A stretch of 64,000 nt of DNA, taken from the NCBI RefSeq assembly GCF_009914755.1, contig NC_060931.1, one strand, 5' to 3'. Shown here piece by piece: positions 39,101 to 53,600 of the stretch; position 1 is the stretch's first letter, and every line of letters begins with the position of its first letter. The DNA comes from the human T2T-CHM13v2.0 reference genome, Homo sapiens. The position numbers were made by a program, and so were the translations under genes. The notes below the pieces were generated by a model. That model was not told where the DNA came from. It saw only the letters and a list, made by a program, of their open reading frames with translations, and did not search any database.

Positions 39101-42100
39101 AATTCTTTGTGTTGTGTGCATTCAACTCACAGAGTGGAACGTCCCTTTAGACAGAGCAGATTTGAAACACTCTTTTTGCGGAATTTGCAAGTGGAGATTT
39201 CTAGCCATTTGATGCCAACAGTAGAAAGGGAAATATCTTCAAATAAAAACCAGACAGAATCATTCTCAGAAAATTCTTTGTGATGTGTGCGTTCAACTCA
39301 CATAGTTTAACCTTTCTTTTCATAGAGCAGTTTGGAAACACTCTGTTTGTAAAGTCTGCAAGTGGATCTATGGACCGCATTGAGGCCTTCGTTGGAAACG
39401 GGATTTCTTCATTTCATGCTAGACAGAAGAATTCTCAGTAACTTCTTTGTGCTGTGTGTATTCAACTCACAGAGTGGAACGTCCCTTTGCACAGAGCAGA
39501 TTTGAAACACTCTTTTTGTGGAGTTTGCAAGTGGAGATTTCAAGCGATTTGATGCCAACAGTAGAAAAGGAAATATCTTCAAATAAAAACTAGACAGAAT
39601 CATTCTCAGAAACTACTTTGTGATGTGTGCCTTCAACTCACAGAGTTCAACCTTTCTTTTCTTAGAGCAGTTTAGAAACACTCTGCTTGTTATGTCTGCA
39701 AGTGGATATTTGGACCTCTTTGAGGCCTTCGTTGCAAACGGGGTTTCTTCCTTTCATGCTAGACTAAGAAGAGTTCTCAGTAACTTTTTTGTGTTGTGTG
39801 TATTCAACTCACAGAGTTGAACCTTGCTTTAGAGAGAGCAGATTTGAAACACTCTTGCTGTGGCATTTTCAGGTGGAGATTTCAAGCGATTTGAGGACAA
39901 TTGCAGAAAAGGAAATATCTTCGTATAATAACCAGACAGAATCATTCTCAGAAAGTGCTTTGTGATGTGTGCGTTCAACTCACAGAGTTTAACCTTTCTT
40001 TTCATAGAGGAGTTTGGAAACACACTGTTTGTAAAGTCTGCAAGTGGATACATGGACCTGTTTGAGGCCTTCGTTGGAAACGGGATTTCTTCATTGAATG
40101 CTAGACGGAAGAATTCTCAGTAAATTCTTTGTGTTGTGTGCATTCAACTCACAGAGTGGAACGTCCCTTTAGACAGAGCAGATTTGAAACACTCTTTTTG
40201 CGGAATTTGCAAGTGGAGATTTCTAGCCATTTGATGCCAACAGTAGAAAGGGAAATATCTTCAAATAAAAACCAGACAGAATCATCCTCAGAAAATTCTT
40301 TGTGATGTGTGCGTTCAACTCACATAGTTTAACCTTTCTTTTCATAGAGCAGTTTGGAAACACTCTGTTTGTAAAGTCTGCAAGTGGATATATGGACCGC
40401 ATTGAGGCCTTCGTTGGAAACGGGATTTCTTCATTTCATGCTAGACAGAAGAATTCTCAGTAACTTCTTTGTGCTGTGTGTATTCAACTCACAGAGTGGA
40501 ACGTCCCTTTGCACAGAGCAGATTTGAAACACTCTTTTTGTGGAGTTTGCCAGTGGAGATTTCAAGCGATTTGATGCCAACAGTAGAAAAGGAAATATCT
40601 TCAAATAAAAACTAGACAGAATCATTCTCAGAAACTACTTTGTGATGTGTGCCTTCAACTCACAGAGTTCAACCTTTCTTTTCTTAGAGCAGTTTAGAAA
40701 CACTCTGCTTGTTATGTCTGCAAGTGGATATTTGGACCTCTTTGAGGCCTTCGTTGCAAACGGGGTTTCTTCCTTTCATGCTAGACTAAGAAGAGTTCTC
40801 AGTAACTTTTTTGTGTTGTGTGTATTCAACTCACAGAGTTGAACCTTGCTTTAGAGAGAGCAGATTTGAAACACTCTTGCTGTGGCATTTTCAGGTGGAG
40901 ATTTCAAGCGATTTGAGGACAATTGCAGAAAAGGAAATATCTTCGTATAATAACCAGACAGAATCATTCTCAGAAAGTGCTTTGTGATGTGTGCGTTCAA
41001 CTCACAGAGTTTAACCTTTCTTTTCATAGAGGAGTTTGGAAACACACTGTTTGTAAAGTCTGCAAGTGGATATATGGACCTGTTTGAGGCCTTCGTTGGA
41101 AACGGGATTTCTTCATTGAATGCTAGACGGAAGAATTCTCAGTAAATTCTTTGTGTTGTGTGCATTCAACTCACAGAGTGGAACGTCCCTTTAGACAGAG
41201 CAGATTTGAAACACTCTTTTTGCGGAATTTGCAAGTGGAGATTTCTAGCCATTTGATGCCAACAGTAGAAAGGGAAATATCTTCAAATAAAAACCAGACA
41301 GAATCATTCTCAGAAAATTCTTTGTGATGTGTGCGTTCAACTCACATAGTTTAACCTTTCTTTTCATAGAGCAGTTTGGAAACACTCTGTTTGTAAAGTC
41401 TGCAAGTGGATATATGGACCGCATTGAGGCCTTCGTTGGAAACGGGATTTCTTCATTTCATGCTAGACAGAAGAATTCTCAGTAACTTCTTTATGCTGTG
41501 TGTATTCAACTCACAGAGTGGAACGTCCCTTTACACAGAGCAGATTTGAAACACTCTTTTTGTGGAGTTTGCAAGTGGAGATTTCAAGCGATTTGATGCC
41601 AACAGTAGAAAAGGAAATATCTTCAAATAAAAACTAGACAGAATCATTCTCAGAAACTACTTTGTGATGTGTGCCTTCAACTCACAGAGTTTAACCTTTC
41701 TTTTCTTAGAGCAGTTTAGAAACACTCTGCTTGTTACGTCTGCAAGTGGATATTTGGACCTCTTTGAGGCCTTCGTTGCAAACGGGGTTTCTTCCTTTCA
41801 TGCTAGACTAAGAAGAGTTCTCAGTAACTTTTTTGTGTTGTGTGTATTCAACTCACAGAGTTGAACCTTGCTTTAGAGAGAGCAGATTTGAAACACTCTT
41901 GCTGTGGCATTTTCAGGTGGAGATTTCAAGCGATTTGAGGACAATTGCAGAAAAGGAAATATCTTCGTATAATAACCAGACAGAATCATTCTCAGAAAGT
42001 GCTTTGTGATGTGTGCGTTCAACTCACAGAGTTTAACCTTTCTTTTCATAGAGGAGTTTGGAAACACACTGTTTGTAAAGTCTGCAAGTGGATATATGGA

Positions 42101-44600
42101 CCTGTTTGAGGCCTTCGTTGGAAACGGGATTTCTTCATTGAATGCTAGACGGAAGAATTCTCAGTAAATTCTTTGTGTTGTGTGCATTCAACTCACAGAG
42201 TGGAACGTCCCTTTAGACAGAGCAGATTTGAAACACTCTTTTTGCGGAATTTGCAAGTGGAGATTTCTAGCCATTTGATGCCAACAGTAGAAAGGGAAAT
42301 ATCTTCAAATAAAAAACAGACAGAATCATTCTCAGAAAATTCTTTGTGATGTGTGCGTTCAACTCACATAGTTTAACCTTTCTTTTCATAGAGCAGTTTG
42401 GAAACACTCTGTTTGTAAAGTCTGCAAGTGGATATATGGACCGCATTGAGGCCTTCGTTGGAAACGGGATTTCTTCATTTCATGCTAGACAGAAGAATTC
42501 TCAGTAACTTCTTTGTGCTGTGTGTATTCAACTCACAGAGTGGAACGTCCCTTTGCACAGAGCAGATTTGAAACACTCTTTTTGTGGAGTTTGCAAGTGG
42601 AGATTTCAAGCGATTTGATGCCTACAGTAGAAAAGGAAATATCTTCAAATAAAAACTAGACAGAATCATTCTCAGAAACTACTTTGTGATGTGTGCCTTC
42701 AACTCACAGAGTTTAACCTTTCTTTTCTTAGAGCAGTTTAGAAACACTCTGCTTGTTATGTCTGCAAGTGGATATTTGGACCTCTTTGAGGCCTTCGTTG
42801 CAAACGGGGTTTCTTCCTTTCATGCTAGACTAAGAAGAGTTCTCAGTAACTTTTTTGTGTTGTGTGTATTCAACTCACAGAGTTGAACCCTGCTTTAGAG
42901 AGAGCAGATTTGAAACACTCTTGCTGTGGCATTTTCAGGTGGAGATTTCAAGCGATTTGAGGACAATTGCAGAAAAGGAAATATCTTCGTATAATAACCA
43001 GACAGAATCATTCTCAGAAAGTGCTTTGTGATGTGTGCGTTCAACTCACAGAGTTTAACCTTTCTTTTCATAGAGGAGTTTGGAAACACACTGTTTGTAA
43101 AGTCTGCAAGTGGATATATGGACCTGTTTGAGGCCTTCGTTGGAAACGGGATTTCTTCATTGAATGCTAGACGGAAGAATTCTCAGTAAATTCTTTGTGT
43201 TGTGTGCATTCAACTCACAGAGTGGAACGTCCCTTTAGACAGAGCAGATTTGAAACCCTCTTTTTGCGGAATTTGCAAGTGGAGATTTCTAGCCATTTGA
43301 TGCCAACAGTAGAAAGGGAAATATCTTCAAATAAAAACCAGACAGAATCATTCTCAGAAAATTCTTTGTGATGTGTGCGTTCAACTCACATAGTTTAACC
43401 TTTCTTTTCATAGAGCAGTTTGGAAACACTCTGTTTGTAAAGTCTGCAAGTGGATATATGGACCGCATTGAGGCCTTCGTTGGAAACGGGATTTCTTCAT
43501 TTCATGCTAGACAGAAGAATTCTCAGTAACTTCTTTGTGCTGTGTGTATTCAACTCACAGAGTGGAACGTCCCTTTGCACAGAGCAGATTTGAAACACTC
43601 TTTTTGTGGAGTTTGCAAGTGGAGATTTCAAGCGATTTGATGCCAACAGTAGAAAAGGAAATATCTTCAAATAAAAACTAGACAGAATCATTCTCAGAAA
43701 CTACTTTGTGATGTGTGCCTTCAACTCACAGAGTTTAACCTTTCTTTTCTTAGAGCAGTTTAGAAACACTCTGCTTGTTACGTCTGCAAGTGGATATTTG
43801 GACCTCTTTGAGGCCTTCGTTGCAAACGGGGTTTCTTCCTTTCATGCTAGACTAAGAAGAGTTCTCAGTAACTTTTTTGTGTTGTGTGTATTCAACTCAC
43901 AGAGTTGAACCTTGCTTTAGAGAGAGCAGATGTGAAACACTCTTGCTGTGGCATTTTCAGGTGGAGATTTCAAGCGATTTGAGGACAATTGCAGAAAAGG
44001 AAATATCTTCGTATAATAACCAGACAGAATCATTCTCAGAAAGTGCTTTGTGATGTGTGCGTTCAACTCACAGAGTTTAACCTTTCTTTTCATAGAGGAG
44101 TTTGGAAACACACTGTTTGTAAAGTCTGCAAGTGGATATATGGACCTGTTTGAGGCCTTCGTTGGAAACGGGATTTCTTCATTGAATGCTAGACGGAAGA
44201 ATTCTCAGTAAATTCTTTGTGTTGTGTGCATTCAACTCACAGAGTGGAACGTCCCTTTAGACAGAGCAGATTTGAAACACTCTTTTTGCGGAATTTGCAA
44301 GTGGAGATTTCTAGCCATTTGATGCCAACAGTAGAAAGGGAAATATCTTCAAATAAAAACCAGACAGAATCATTCTCAGAAAATTCTTTGTGATGTGTGC
44401 GTTCAACTCACATAGTTTAACCTTTCTTTTCATAGAGCAGTTTGGAAACACTGTTTGTAAAGTCTGCAAGTGGATATATGGACCGCTTTGAGGCCTTCGT
44501 TGGAAACGGGATTTCTTCATTTCATGCTAGACAGAAGAATTCTCAGTAACTTCTTTGTGCTGTGTGTATTCAACTCACAGAGTGGAACGTCCCTTTGCAC
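27200..44600 (+). repeat. Tandem duplication with copies of 8 and 9 HORs (offsets 8174 then 9196 bp)
   Basis: CCCTC 28951/37125, TTTCATG 29333/37507 and TAGGG 30175/38349 recur at +8174. TTATGC 32297/41493, GATGTG 34736/43932 and the 2 bp deletion with CGCTTT 35291/44487 recur at +9196. Confidence 0.85.
35250..35292 (+). other. 1020 bp HOR variant: 2 bp (CT) deletion in monomer M3 linked to an A-to-T change; also at ~44446-44488 and ~52620-52662
   Basis: GAAACACTGTTTG instead of GAAACACTCTGTTTG, followed by CCGCTTTGAG instead of CCGCATTGAG. This accounts for the three -2 shifts in ORF spacing and the three 69 aa ORFs. Confidence 0.93.
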
Positions 44601-47600
44601 AGAGCAGATTTGAAACACTCTTTTTGTGGAGTTTGCAAGTGGAGATTTCAAGCGATTTGATGCCAACAGTAGAAAAGGAAATATCTTCTAATAAAAACTA
44701 GACAGAATCATTCTCAGAAACTACTTTGTGATGTGTGCCTTCAACTCACAGAGTTTAACCTTTCTTTTCTTAGAGCAGTTTAGAAACACTCTGCTTGTTA
44801 TGTCTGCAAGTGGATATTTGGACCTCTTTGAGGCCTTCGTTGCAAACGGGGTTTCTTCCTTTCATGCTAGACTAAGAAGAGTTCTCAGTAACTTTTTTGT
44901 GTTGTGTGTATTCAACTCACAGAGTTGAACCTTGCTTTAGAGAGAGCAGATTTGAAACACTCTTGCTGTGGCATTTTCAGGTGGAGATTTCAAGCGATTT
45001 GAGGACAATTGCAGAAAAGGAAATATCTTCGTATAATAACCAGACAGAATCATTCTCAGAAAGTGCTTTGTGATGTGTGCGTTCAACTCACAGAGTTTAA
45101 CCTTTCTTTTCATAGAGGAGTTTGGAAACACACTGTTTGTAAAGTCTGCAATTGGATATATGGACCTCTTTGAGGCCTTCGTTGGAAACGGGATTTCTTC
45201 ATTGAATGCTAGACGGAAGAATTCTCAGTAAATTCTTTGTGTTGTGTGCATTCAACTCACAGAGTGGAACGTCCCTTTAGACAGAGCAGATTTGAAACAC
45301 TCTTTTTGCGGAATTTGCAAGTGGAGATTTCTAGCCATTTGATGCCAACAGTAGAAAGGGAAATATCTTCAAATAAAAACCAGACAGAATCATTCTCAGA
45401 AAATTCTTTGTGATGTGTGCGTTCAACTCACATAGTTTAACCTTTCTTTTCATAGAGCAGTTTGGAAACACTCTGTTTGTAAAGTCTGCAAGTGGATATA
45501 TGGACCGCATTGAGGCCTTCGTTGGAAACGGGATTTCTTCATTTCATGCTAGACAGAAGAATTCTCAGTAACTTCTTTGTGCTGTGTGTATTCAACTCAC
45601 AGAGTGGAACGTCCCTTTACACAGAGCAGATTTGAAACACTCTTTTTGTGGAGTTTGCAAGTGGAGATTTCAAGCGATTTGATGCCAACAGTAGAAAAGG
45701 AAATATCTTCAAATAAAAACTAGACAGAATCATTCTCAGAAACTACTTTGTGATGTGTGCCTTCAACTCACAGAGTTTAACCTTTCTTTTCTTAGAGCAG
45801 TTTAGAAACACTCTGCTTGTTATGTCTGCAAGGGGATATTTGGACCTCTTTGAGGCCTTCGTTGCAAACGTGGTTTCTTCCTTTCATGCTAGACTAAGAA
45901 GAGTTCTCAGTAACTTTTTTGTGTTGTGTGTATTCAACTCACAGAGTTGAACCTTGCTTTAGAGAGAGCAGATTTGAAACACTCTTGCTGTGGCATTTTC
46001 AGGTGGAGATTTCAAGCGATTTGAGGACAATTGCAGAAAAGGAAATATCTTCGTATAATAACCAGACAGAATCATTCTCAGAAAGTGCTTTGTGATGTGT
46101 GCGTTCAACTCACAGAGTTTAACCTTTCTTTTCATAGAGGAGTTTGGAAACACACTGTTTGTAAAGTCTGCAAGTGGATATATGGACCTGTTTGAGGCCT
46201 TCGTTGGAAACGGGATTTCTTCATTGAATGCTAGACGGAAGAATTCTCAGTAAATTCTTTGTGTTGTGTGCATTCAACTCACAGAGTGGAACGTCCCTTT
46301 AGACAGAGCAGATTTGAAACCCTCTTTTTGCGGAATTTGCAAGTGGAGATTTCTAGCCATTTGATGCCAACAGTAGAAAGGGAAATATCTTCAAATAAAA
46401 ACCAGACAGAATCATTCTCAGAAAATTCTTTGTGATGTGTGCGTTCAACTCACATAGTTTAACCTTTCTTTTCATAGAGCAGTTTGGAAACATTCTGTTT
46501 GTAAAGTCTGCAAGTGGATATATGGACCGCATTGAGGCCTTCGTTGGAAACGGGATTTCTTCATTTCATGCTAGACAGAAGAATTCTCAGTAACTTCTTT
46601 GTGCTGTGTGTATTCAACTCACAGAGTGGAACGTCCCTTTGCACAGAGCAGATTTGAAACACTCTTTTTGTGGAGTTTGCAAGTGGAGATTTCAAGCGAT
46701 TTGATGCCAACAGTAGAAAAGGAAATATCTTCAAATAAAAACTAGACAGAATCATTCTCAGAAACTACTTTGTGATGTGTGCCTTCAACTCACAGAGTTT
46801 AACCTTTCTTTTCTTAGAGCAGTTTAGAAACACTCTGCTTGTTACGTCTGCAAGTGGATATTTGGACCTCTTTGAGGCCTTCGTTGCAAACGGGGTTTCT
46901 TCCTTTCATGCTAGACTAAGAAGAGTTCTCAGTAACTTTTTTGTGTTGTGTGTATTCAACTCACAGAGTTGAACCTTGCTTTAGAGAGAGCAGATTTGAA
47001 ACACTCTTGCTGTGGCATTTTCAGGTGGAGATTTCAAGCGATTTGAGGACAATTGCAGAAAAGGAAATATCTTCGTATAATAACCAGACAGAATCATTCT
47101 CAGAAAGTGCTTTGTGATGTGTGCGTTCAACTCACAGAGTTTAACCTTTCTTTTCATAGAGGAGTTTGGAAACACACTGTTTGTAAAGTCTGCAAGTGGA
47201 TATATGGACCTGTTTGAGGCCTTCGTTGGAAACGGGATTTCTTCATTGAATGCTAGACGGAAGAATTCTCAGTAAATTCTTTGTGTTGTGTGCATTCAAC
47301 TCACAGAGTGGAACGTCCCTTTAGACAGAGCAGATTTGAAACACTCTTTTTGCGGAATTTGCAAGTGGAGATTTCTAGCCATTTGATGCCAACAGTAGAA
47401 AGGGAAATATCTTCAAATAAAAACCAGACAGAATCATTCTCAGAAAATTCTTTGTGATGTGTGCGTTCAACTCACATAGTTTAACCTTTCTTTTCATAGA
47501 GCAGTTTGGAAACACTCTGTTTGTAAAGTCTGCAAGTGGATATATGGACCGCATTGAGGCCTTCGTTGGAAACGGGATTTCTTCATTTCATGCTAGACAG

Positions 47601-50600
47601 AAGAATTCTCAGTAACTTCTTTGTGCTGTGTGTATTCAACTCACAGAGTGGAACGTCCCTTTGCACAGAGCAGATTTGAAACACTCTTTTTGTGGAGTTT
47701 GCAAGTGGAGATTTCAAGCGATTTGATGCCAACAGTAGAAAAGGAAATATCTTCAAATAAAAACTAGACAGAATCATTCTCAGAAACTACTTTGTGATGT
47801 GTGCCTTCAACTCACAGAGTTTAACCTTTCTTTTCTTAGAGCAGTTTAGAAACACTCTGCTTGTTATGTCTGCAAGGGGATATTTGGACCTCTTTGAGGC
47901 CTTCGTTGCAAACGTGGTTTCTTCCTTTCATGCTAGACTAAGAAGAGTTCTCAGTAACTTTTTTGTGTTGTGTGTATTCAACTCACAGAGTTGAACCTTG
48001 CTTTAGAGAGAGCAGATTTGAAACACTCTTGCTGTGGCATTTTCAGGTGGAGATTTCAAGCGATTTGAGGACAATTGCAGAAAAGGAAATATCTTCGTAT
48101 AATAACCAGACAGAATCATTCTCAGAAAGTGCTTTGTGATGTGTGCGTTCAACTCACAGAGTTTAACCTTTCTTTTCATAGAGGAGTTTGGAAACACACT
48201 GTTTGTAAAGTCTGCAAGTGGATATATGGACCTGTTTGAGGCCTTCGTTGGAAACGGGATTTCTTCATTGAATGCTAGACGGAAGAATTCTCAGTAAATT
48301 CTTTGTGTTGTGTGCATTCAACTCACAGAGTGGAACGTCCCTTTAGACAGAGCAGATTTGAAACACTCTTTTTGCGGAATTTGCAAGTGGAGATTTCTAG
48401 CCATTTGATGCCAACAGTAGAAAGGGAAATATCTTCAAATAAAAACCAGACAGAATCATTCTCAGAAAATTCTTTGTGATGTGTGCGTTCAACTCACATA
48501 GTTTAACCTTTCTTTTCATAGAGCAGTTTGGAAACACTCTGTTTGTAAAGTCTGCAAGTGGATATATGGACCGCATTGAGGCCTTCGTTGGAAACGGGAT
48601 TTCTTCATTTCATGCTAGACAGAAGAATTCTCAGTAACTTCTTTGTGCTGTGTGTATTCAACTCACAGAGTGGAACGTCCCTTTGCACAGAGCAGATTTG
48701 AAACACTCTTTTTGTGGAGTTTGCAAGTGGAGATTTCAAGCGATTTGATGCCAACAGTAGAAAAGGAAATATCTTCAAATAAAAACTAGACAGAATCATT
48801 CTCAGAAACTACTTTGTGATGTGTGCCTTCAACTCACAGAGTTTAACCTTTCTTTTCTTAGAGCAGTTTAGAAACACTCTGCTTGTTATGTCTGCAAGTG
48901 GATATTTGGACCTCTTTGAGGCCTTCGTTGCAAACGGGGTTTCTTCCTTTCATGCTAGACTAAGAAGAGTTCTCAGTAACTTTTTTGTGTTGTGTGTATT
49001 CAACTCACAGAGTTGAACCCTGCTTTAGAGAGAGCAGATTTGAAACACTCTTGCTGTGGCATTTTCAGGTGGAGATTTCAAGCGATTTGAGGACAATTGC
49101 AGAAAAGGAAATATCTTCGTATAATAACCAGACAGAATCATTCTCAGAAAGTGCTTTGTGATGTGTGCGTTCAACTCACAGAGTTTAACCTTTCTTTTCA
49201 TAGAGGAGTTTGGAAACACACTGTTTGTAAAGTCTGCAAGTGGATATATGGACCTGTTTGAGGCCTTCGTTGGAAACGGGATTTCTTCATTGAATGCTAG
49301 ACGGAAGAATTCTCAGTAAATTCTTTGTGTTGTGTGCATTCAACTCACAGAGTGGAACGTCCCTTTAGACAGAGCAGATTTGAAACACTGTTTTTGCGGA
49401 ATTTGCAAGTGGAGATTTCTAGCCATTTGATGCCAACAGTAGAAAGGGAAATATCTTCAAATAAAAACCAGACAGAATCATTCTCAGAAAATTCTTTGTG
49501 ATGTGTGCGTTCAACTCACATAGTTTAACCTTTCTTTTCATAGAGCAGTTTGGAAACACTCTGTTTGTAAAGTCTGCAAGTGGATATATGGACCGCATTG
49601 AGGCCTTCGTTGGAAACGGGATTTCTTCATTTCATGCTAGACAGAAGAATTCTCAGTAACTTCTTTGTGCTGTGTGCATTCAACTCACAGAGTGGAACGT
49701 CCCTTTGCACAGAGCAGATTTGAAACACTCTTTTTGTGGAGTTTGCAAGTGGAGATTTCAAGCGATTTGATGCCAACAGTAGAAAAGGAAATATCTTCTA
49801 ATAAAAACTAGACAGAATCATTCTCAGAAACTACTTTGTGATGTGTGCCTTCAACTCACAGAGTTTAACCTTTCTTTTCTTAGAGCAGTTTAGAAACACT
49901 CTGCTTGTTATGTCTGCAAGGGGATATTTGGACCTCTTTGAGGCCTTCGTTGCAAACGTGGTTTCTTCCTTTCATGCTAGACTAAGAAGAGTTCTCAGTA
50001 ACTTTTTTGTGTTGTGTGTATTCAACTCACAGAGTTGAACCTTGCATTAGAGAGAGCAGATTTGAAACACTCTTGCTGTGGCATTTTCAGGTGGAGATTT
50101 CAAGCGATTTGAGGACAATTGCAGAAAAGGAAATATCTTCGTATAATAACCAGACAGAATCATTCTCAGAAAGTGCTTTGTGATGTGTGCGTTCAACTCA
50201 CAGAGTTTAACCTTTCTTTTCATAGAGGAGTTTGGAAACACACTGTTTGTAAACTCTGCAAGTGGATATATGGACCTGTTTGAGGCCTTCGTTGGAAACG
50301 GGATTTCTTCATTGAATGCTAGACGGAAGAATTCTCAGTAAATTCTTTGTGTTGTGTGCATTCAACTCACAGAGTGGAACGTCCCTTTAGACAGAGCAGA
50401 TTTGAAACACTCTTTTTGCGGAATTTGCAAGTGGAGATTTCTAGCCATTTGATGCCAACAGTAGAAAGGGAAATATCTTCAAATAAAAAACAGACAGAAT
50501 CATTCTCAGAAAATTCTTTGTGATGTGTGCGTTCAACTCACATAGTTTAACCTTTCTTTTCATAGAGCAGTTTGGAAACACTCTGTTTGTAAAGTCTGCA

Positions 50601-53600
50601 AGTGGATATATGGACCGCATTGAGGCCTTCGTTGGAAACGGGATTTCTTCATTTCATGCTAGACAGAAGAATTCTCAGTAACTTCTTTGTGCTGTGTGTA
50701 TTCAACTCACAGAGTGGAACGTCCCTTTGCACAGAGCAGATTTGAAACACTCTTTTTGTGGAGTTTGCAAGTGGAGATTTCAAGCGATTTGATGCCAACA
50801 GTAGAAAAGGAAATATCTTCAAATAAAAACTAGACAGAATCATTCTCAGAAACTACTTTGTGATGTGTGCCTTCAACTCACAGAGTTTAACCTTTCTTTT
50901 CTTAGAGCAGTTTAGAAACACTCTGCTTGTTATGTCTGCAAGTGGATATTTGGACCTCTTTGAGGCCTTCGTTGCAAACGGGGTTTCTTCCTTTCATGCT
51001 AGACTAAGAAGAGTTCTCAGTAACTTTTTTGTGTTGTGTGTATTCAACTCACAGAGTTGAACCCTGCTTTAGAGAGAGCAGATTTGAAACACTCTTGCTG
51101 TGGCATTTTCAGGTGGAGATTTCAAGCGATTTGAGGACAATTGCAGAAAAGGAAATATCTTCGTATAATAACCAGACAGAATCATTCTCAGAAAGTGCTT
51201 TGTGATGTGTGCGTTCAACTCACAGAGTTTAACCTTTCTTTTCATAGAGGAGTTTGGAAACACACTGTTTGTAAAGTCTGCAAGTGGATATATGGACCTG
51301 TTTGAGGCCTTCGTTGGAAACGGGATTTCTTCATTGAATGCTAGACGGAAGAATTCTCAGTAAATTCTTTGTGTTGTGTGCATTCAACTCACAGAGTGGA
51401 ACGTCCCTTTAGACAGAGCAGATTTGAAACACTGTTTTTGCGGAAGTTGCAAGTGGAGATTTCTAGCCATTTGATGCCAACAGTAGAAAGGGAAATATCT
51501 TCAAATAAAAACCAGACAGAATCATTCTCAGAAAATTCTTTGTGATGTGGGCGTTCAACTCACATAGTTTAACCTTTCTTTTCATAGAGCAGTTTGGAAA
51601 CACTCTGTTTGTAAAGTCTGCAAGTGGATATATGGACCGCATTGAGGCCTTCGTTGGAAACGGGATTTCTTCATTTCATGCTAGACAGAAGAATTCTCAG
51701 TAACTTCTTTGTGCAGTGTGTATTCAACTCACAGAGTGGAACGTCCCTTTGCACAGAGCAGATTTGAAACACTCTTTTTGTGGAGTTTGCAAGTGGAGAT
51801 TTCAAGCGATTTGATGCCAACAGTAGAAAAGGAAATATCTTCAAATAAAAACTAGACAGAATCATTCTCAGAAACTACTTTGTGATGTGTGCCTTCAACT
51901 CACAGAGTTTAACCTTTCTTTTCTTAGAGCAGTTTAGAAACACTCTGCTTGTTATGTCTGCAAGGGGATATTTGGACCTCTTTGAGGCCTTCGTTGCAAA
52001 CGTGGTTTCTTCCTTTCATGCTAGACTAAGAAGAGTTCTCAGTAACTTTTTTGTGTTGTGTGTATTCAACTCACAGAGTTGAACCTTGCTTTAGAGAGAG
52101 CAGATTTGAAACACTCTTGCTGTGGCATTTTCAGGTGGAGATTTCAAGCGATTTGAGGACAATTGCAGAAAAGGAAATATCTTCGTATAATAACCAGACA
52201 GAATCATTCTCAGAAAGTGCTTTGTGATGTGTGCGTTCAACTCACAGAGTTTAACCTTTCTTTTCATAGAGGAGTTTGGAAACACACTGTTTGTAAAGTC
52301 TGCAAGTGGATATATGGACCTGTTTGAGGCCTTCGTTGGAAACGGGATTTCTTCATTGAATGCTAGACGGAAGAATTCTCAGTAAATTCTTTGTGTTGTG
52401 TGCATTCAACTCACAGAGTGGAACGTCCCTTTAGACAGAGCAGATTTGAAACACTCTTTTTGCGGAATTTGCAAGTGGAGATTTCTAGCCATTTGATGCC
52501 AACAGTAGAAAGGGAAATATCTTCAAATAAAAACCAGACAGAATCATTCTCAGAAAATTCTTTGTGATGTGTGCGTTCAACTCACATAGTTTAACCTTTC
52601 TTTTCATAGAGCAGTTTGGAAACACTGTTTGTAAAGTCTGCAAGTGGATATATGGACCGCTTTGAGGCCTTCGTTGGAAACGGGATTTCTTCATTTCATG
52701 CTAGACAGAAGAATTCTCAGTAACTTCTTTGTGCTGTGTGTATTCAACTCACAGAGTGGAACGTCCCTTTGCACAGAGCAGATTTGAAACACTCTTTTTG
52801 TGGAGTTTGCAAGTGGAGATTTCAAGCGATTTGATGCCAACAGTAGAAAAGGAAATATCTTCTAATAAAAACTAGACAGAATCATTCTCAGAAACTACTT
52901 TGTGATGTGTGCCTTCAACTCACAGAGTTTAACCTTTCTTTTCTTAGAGCAGTTTAGAAACACTCTGCTTGTTATGTCTGCAAGTGGATATTTGGACCTC
53001 TTTGAGGCCTTCGTTGCAAACGGGGTTTCTTCCTTTCATGCTAGACTAAGAAGAGTTCTCAGTAACTTTTTTGTGTTGTGTGTATTCAACTCACAGAGTT
53101 GAACCTTGCTTTAGAGAGAGCAGATTTGAAACACTCTTGCTGTGGCATTTTCAGGTGGAGATTTCAAGCGATTTGAGGACAATTGCAGAAAAGGAAATAT
53201 CTTCGTATAATAACCAGACAGAATCATTCTCAGAAAGTGCTTTGTGATGTGTGCGTTCAACTCACAGAGTTTAACCTTTCTTTTCATAGAGGAGTTTGGA
53301 AACACACTGTTTGTAAAGTCTGCAATTGGATATATGGACCTCTTTGAGGCTTTCGTTGGAAACGGGATTTCTTCATTGAATGCTAGACGGAAGAATTCTC
53401 AGTAAATTCTTTGTGTTGTGTGCATTCAACTCACAGAGTGGAACGTCCCTTTAGACAGAGCAGATTTGAAACACTCTTTTTGCGGAATTTGCAAGTGGAG
53501 ATTTCTAGCCATTTGATGCCAACAGTAGAAAGGGAAATATCTTCAAATAAAAACCAGACAGAATCATTCTCAGAAAATTCTTTGTGATGTGTGCGTTCAA

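Noticed and set aside
53351-53367. Variant CENP-B box 1 TTTCGTTGGAAACGGGA
   Set aside because: The change is at the free first position and all nine essential bases remain, so it is not a knockout.
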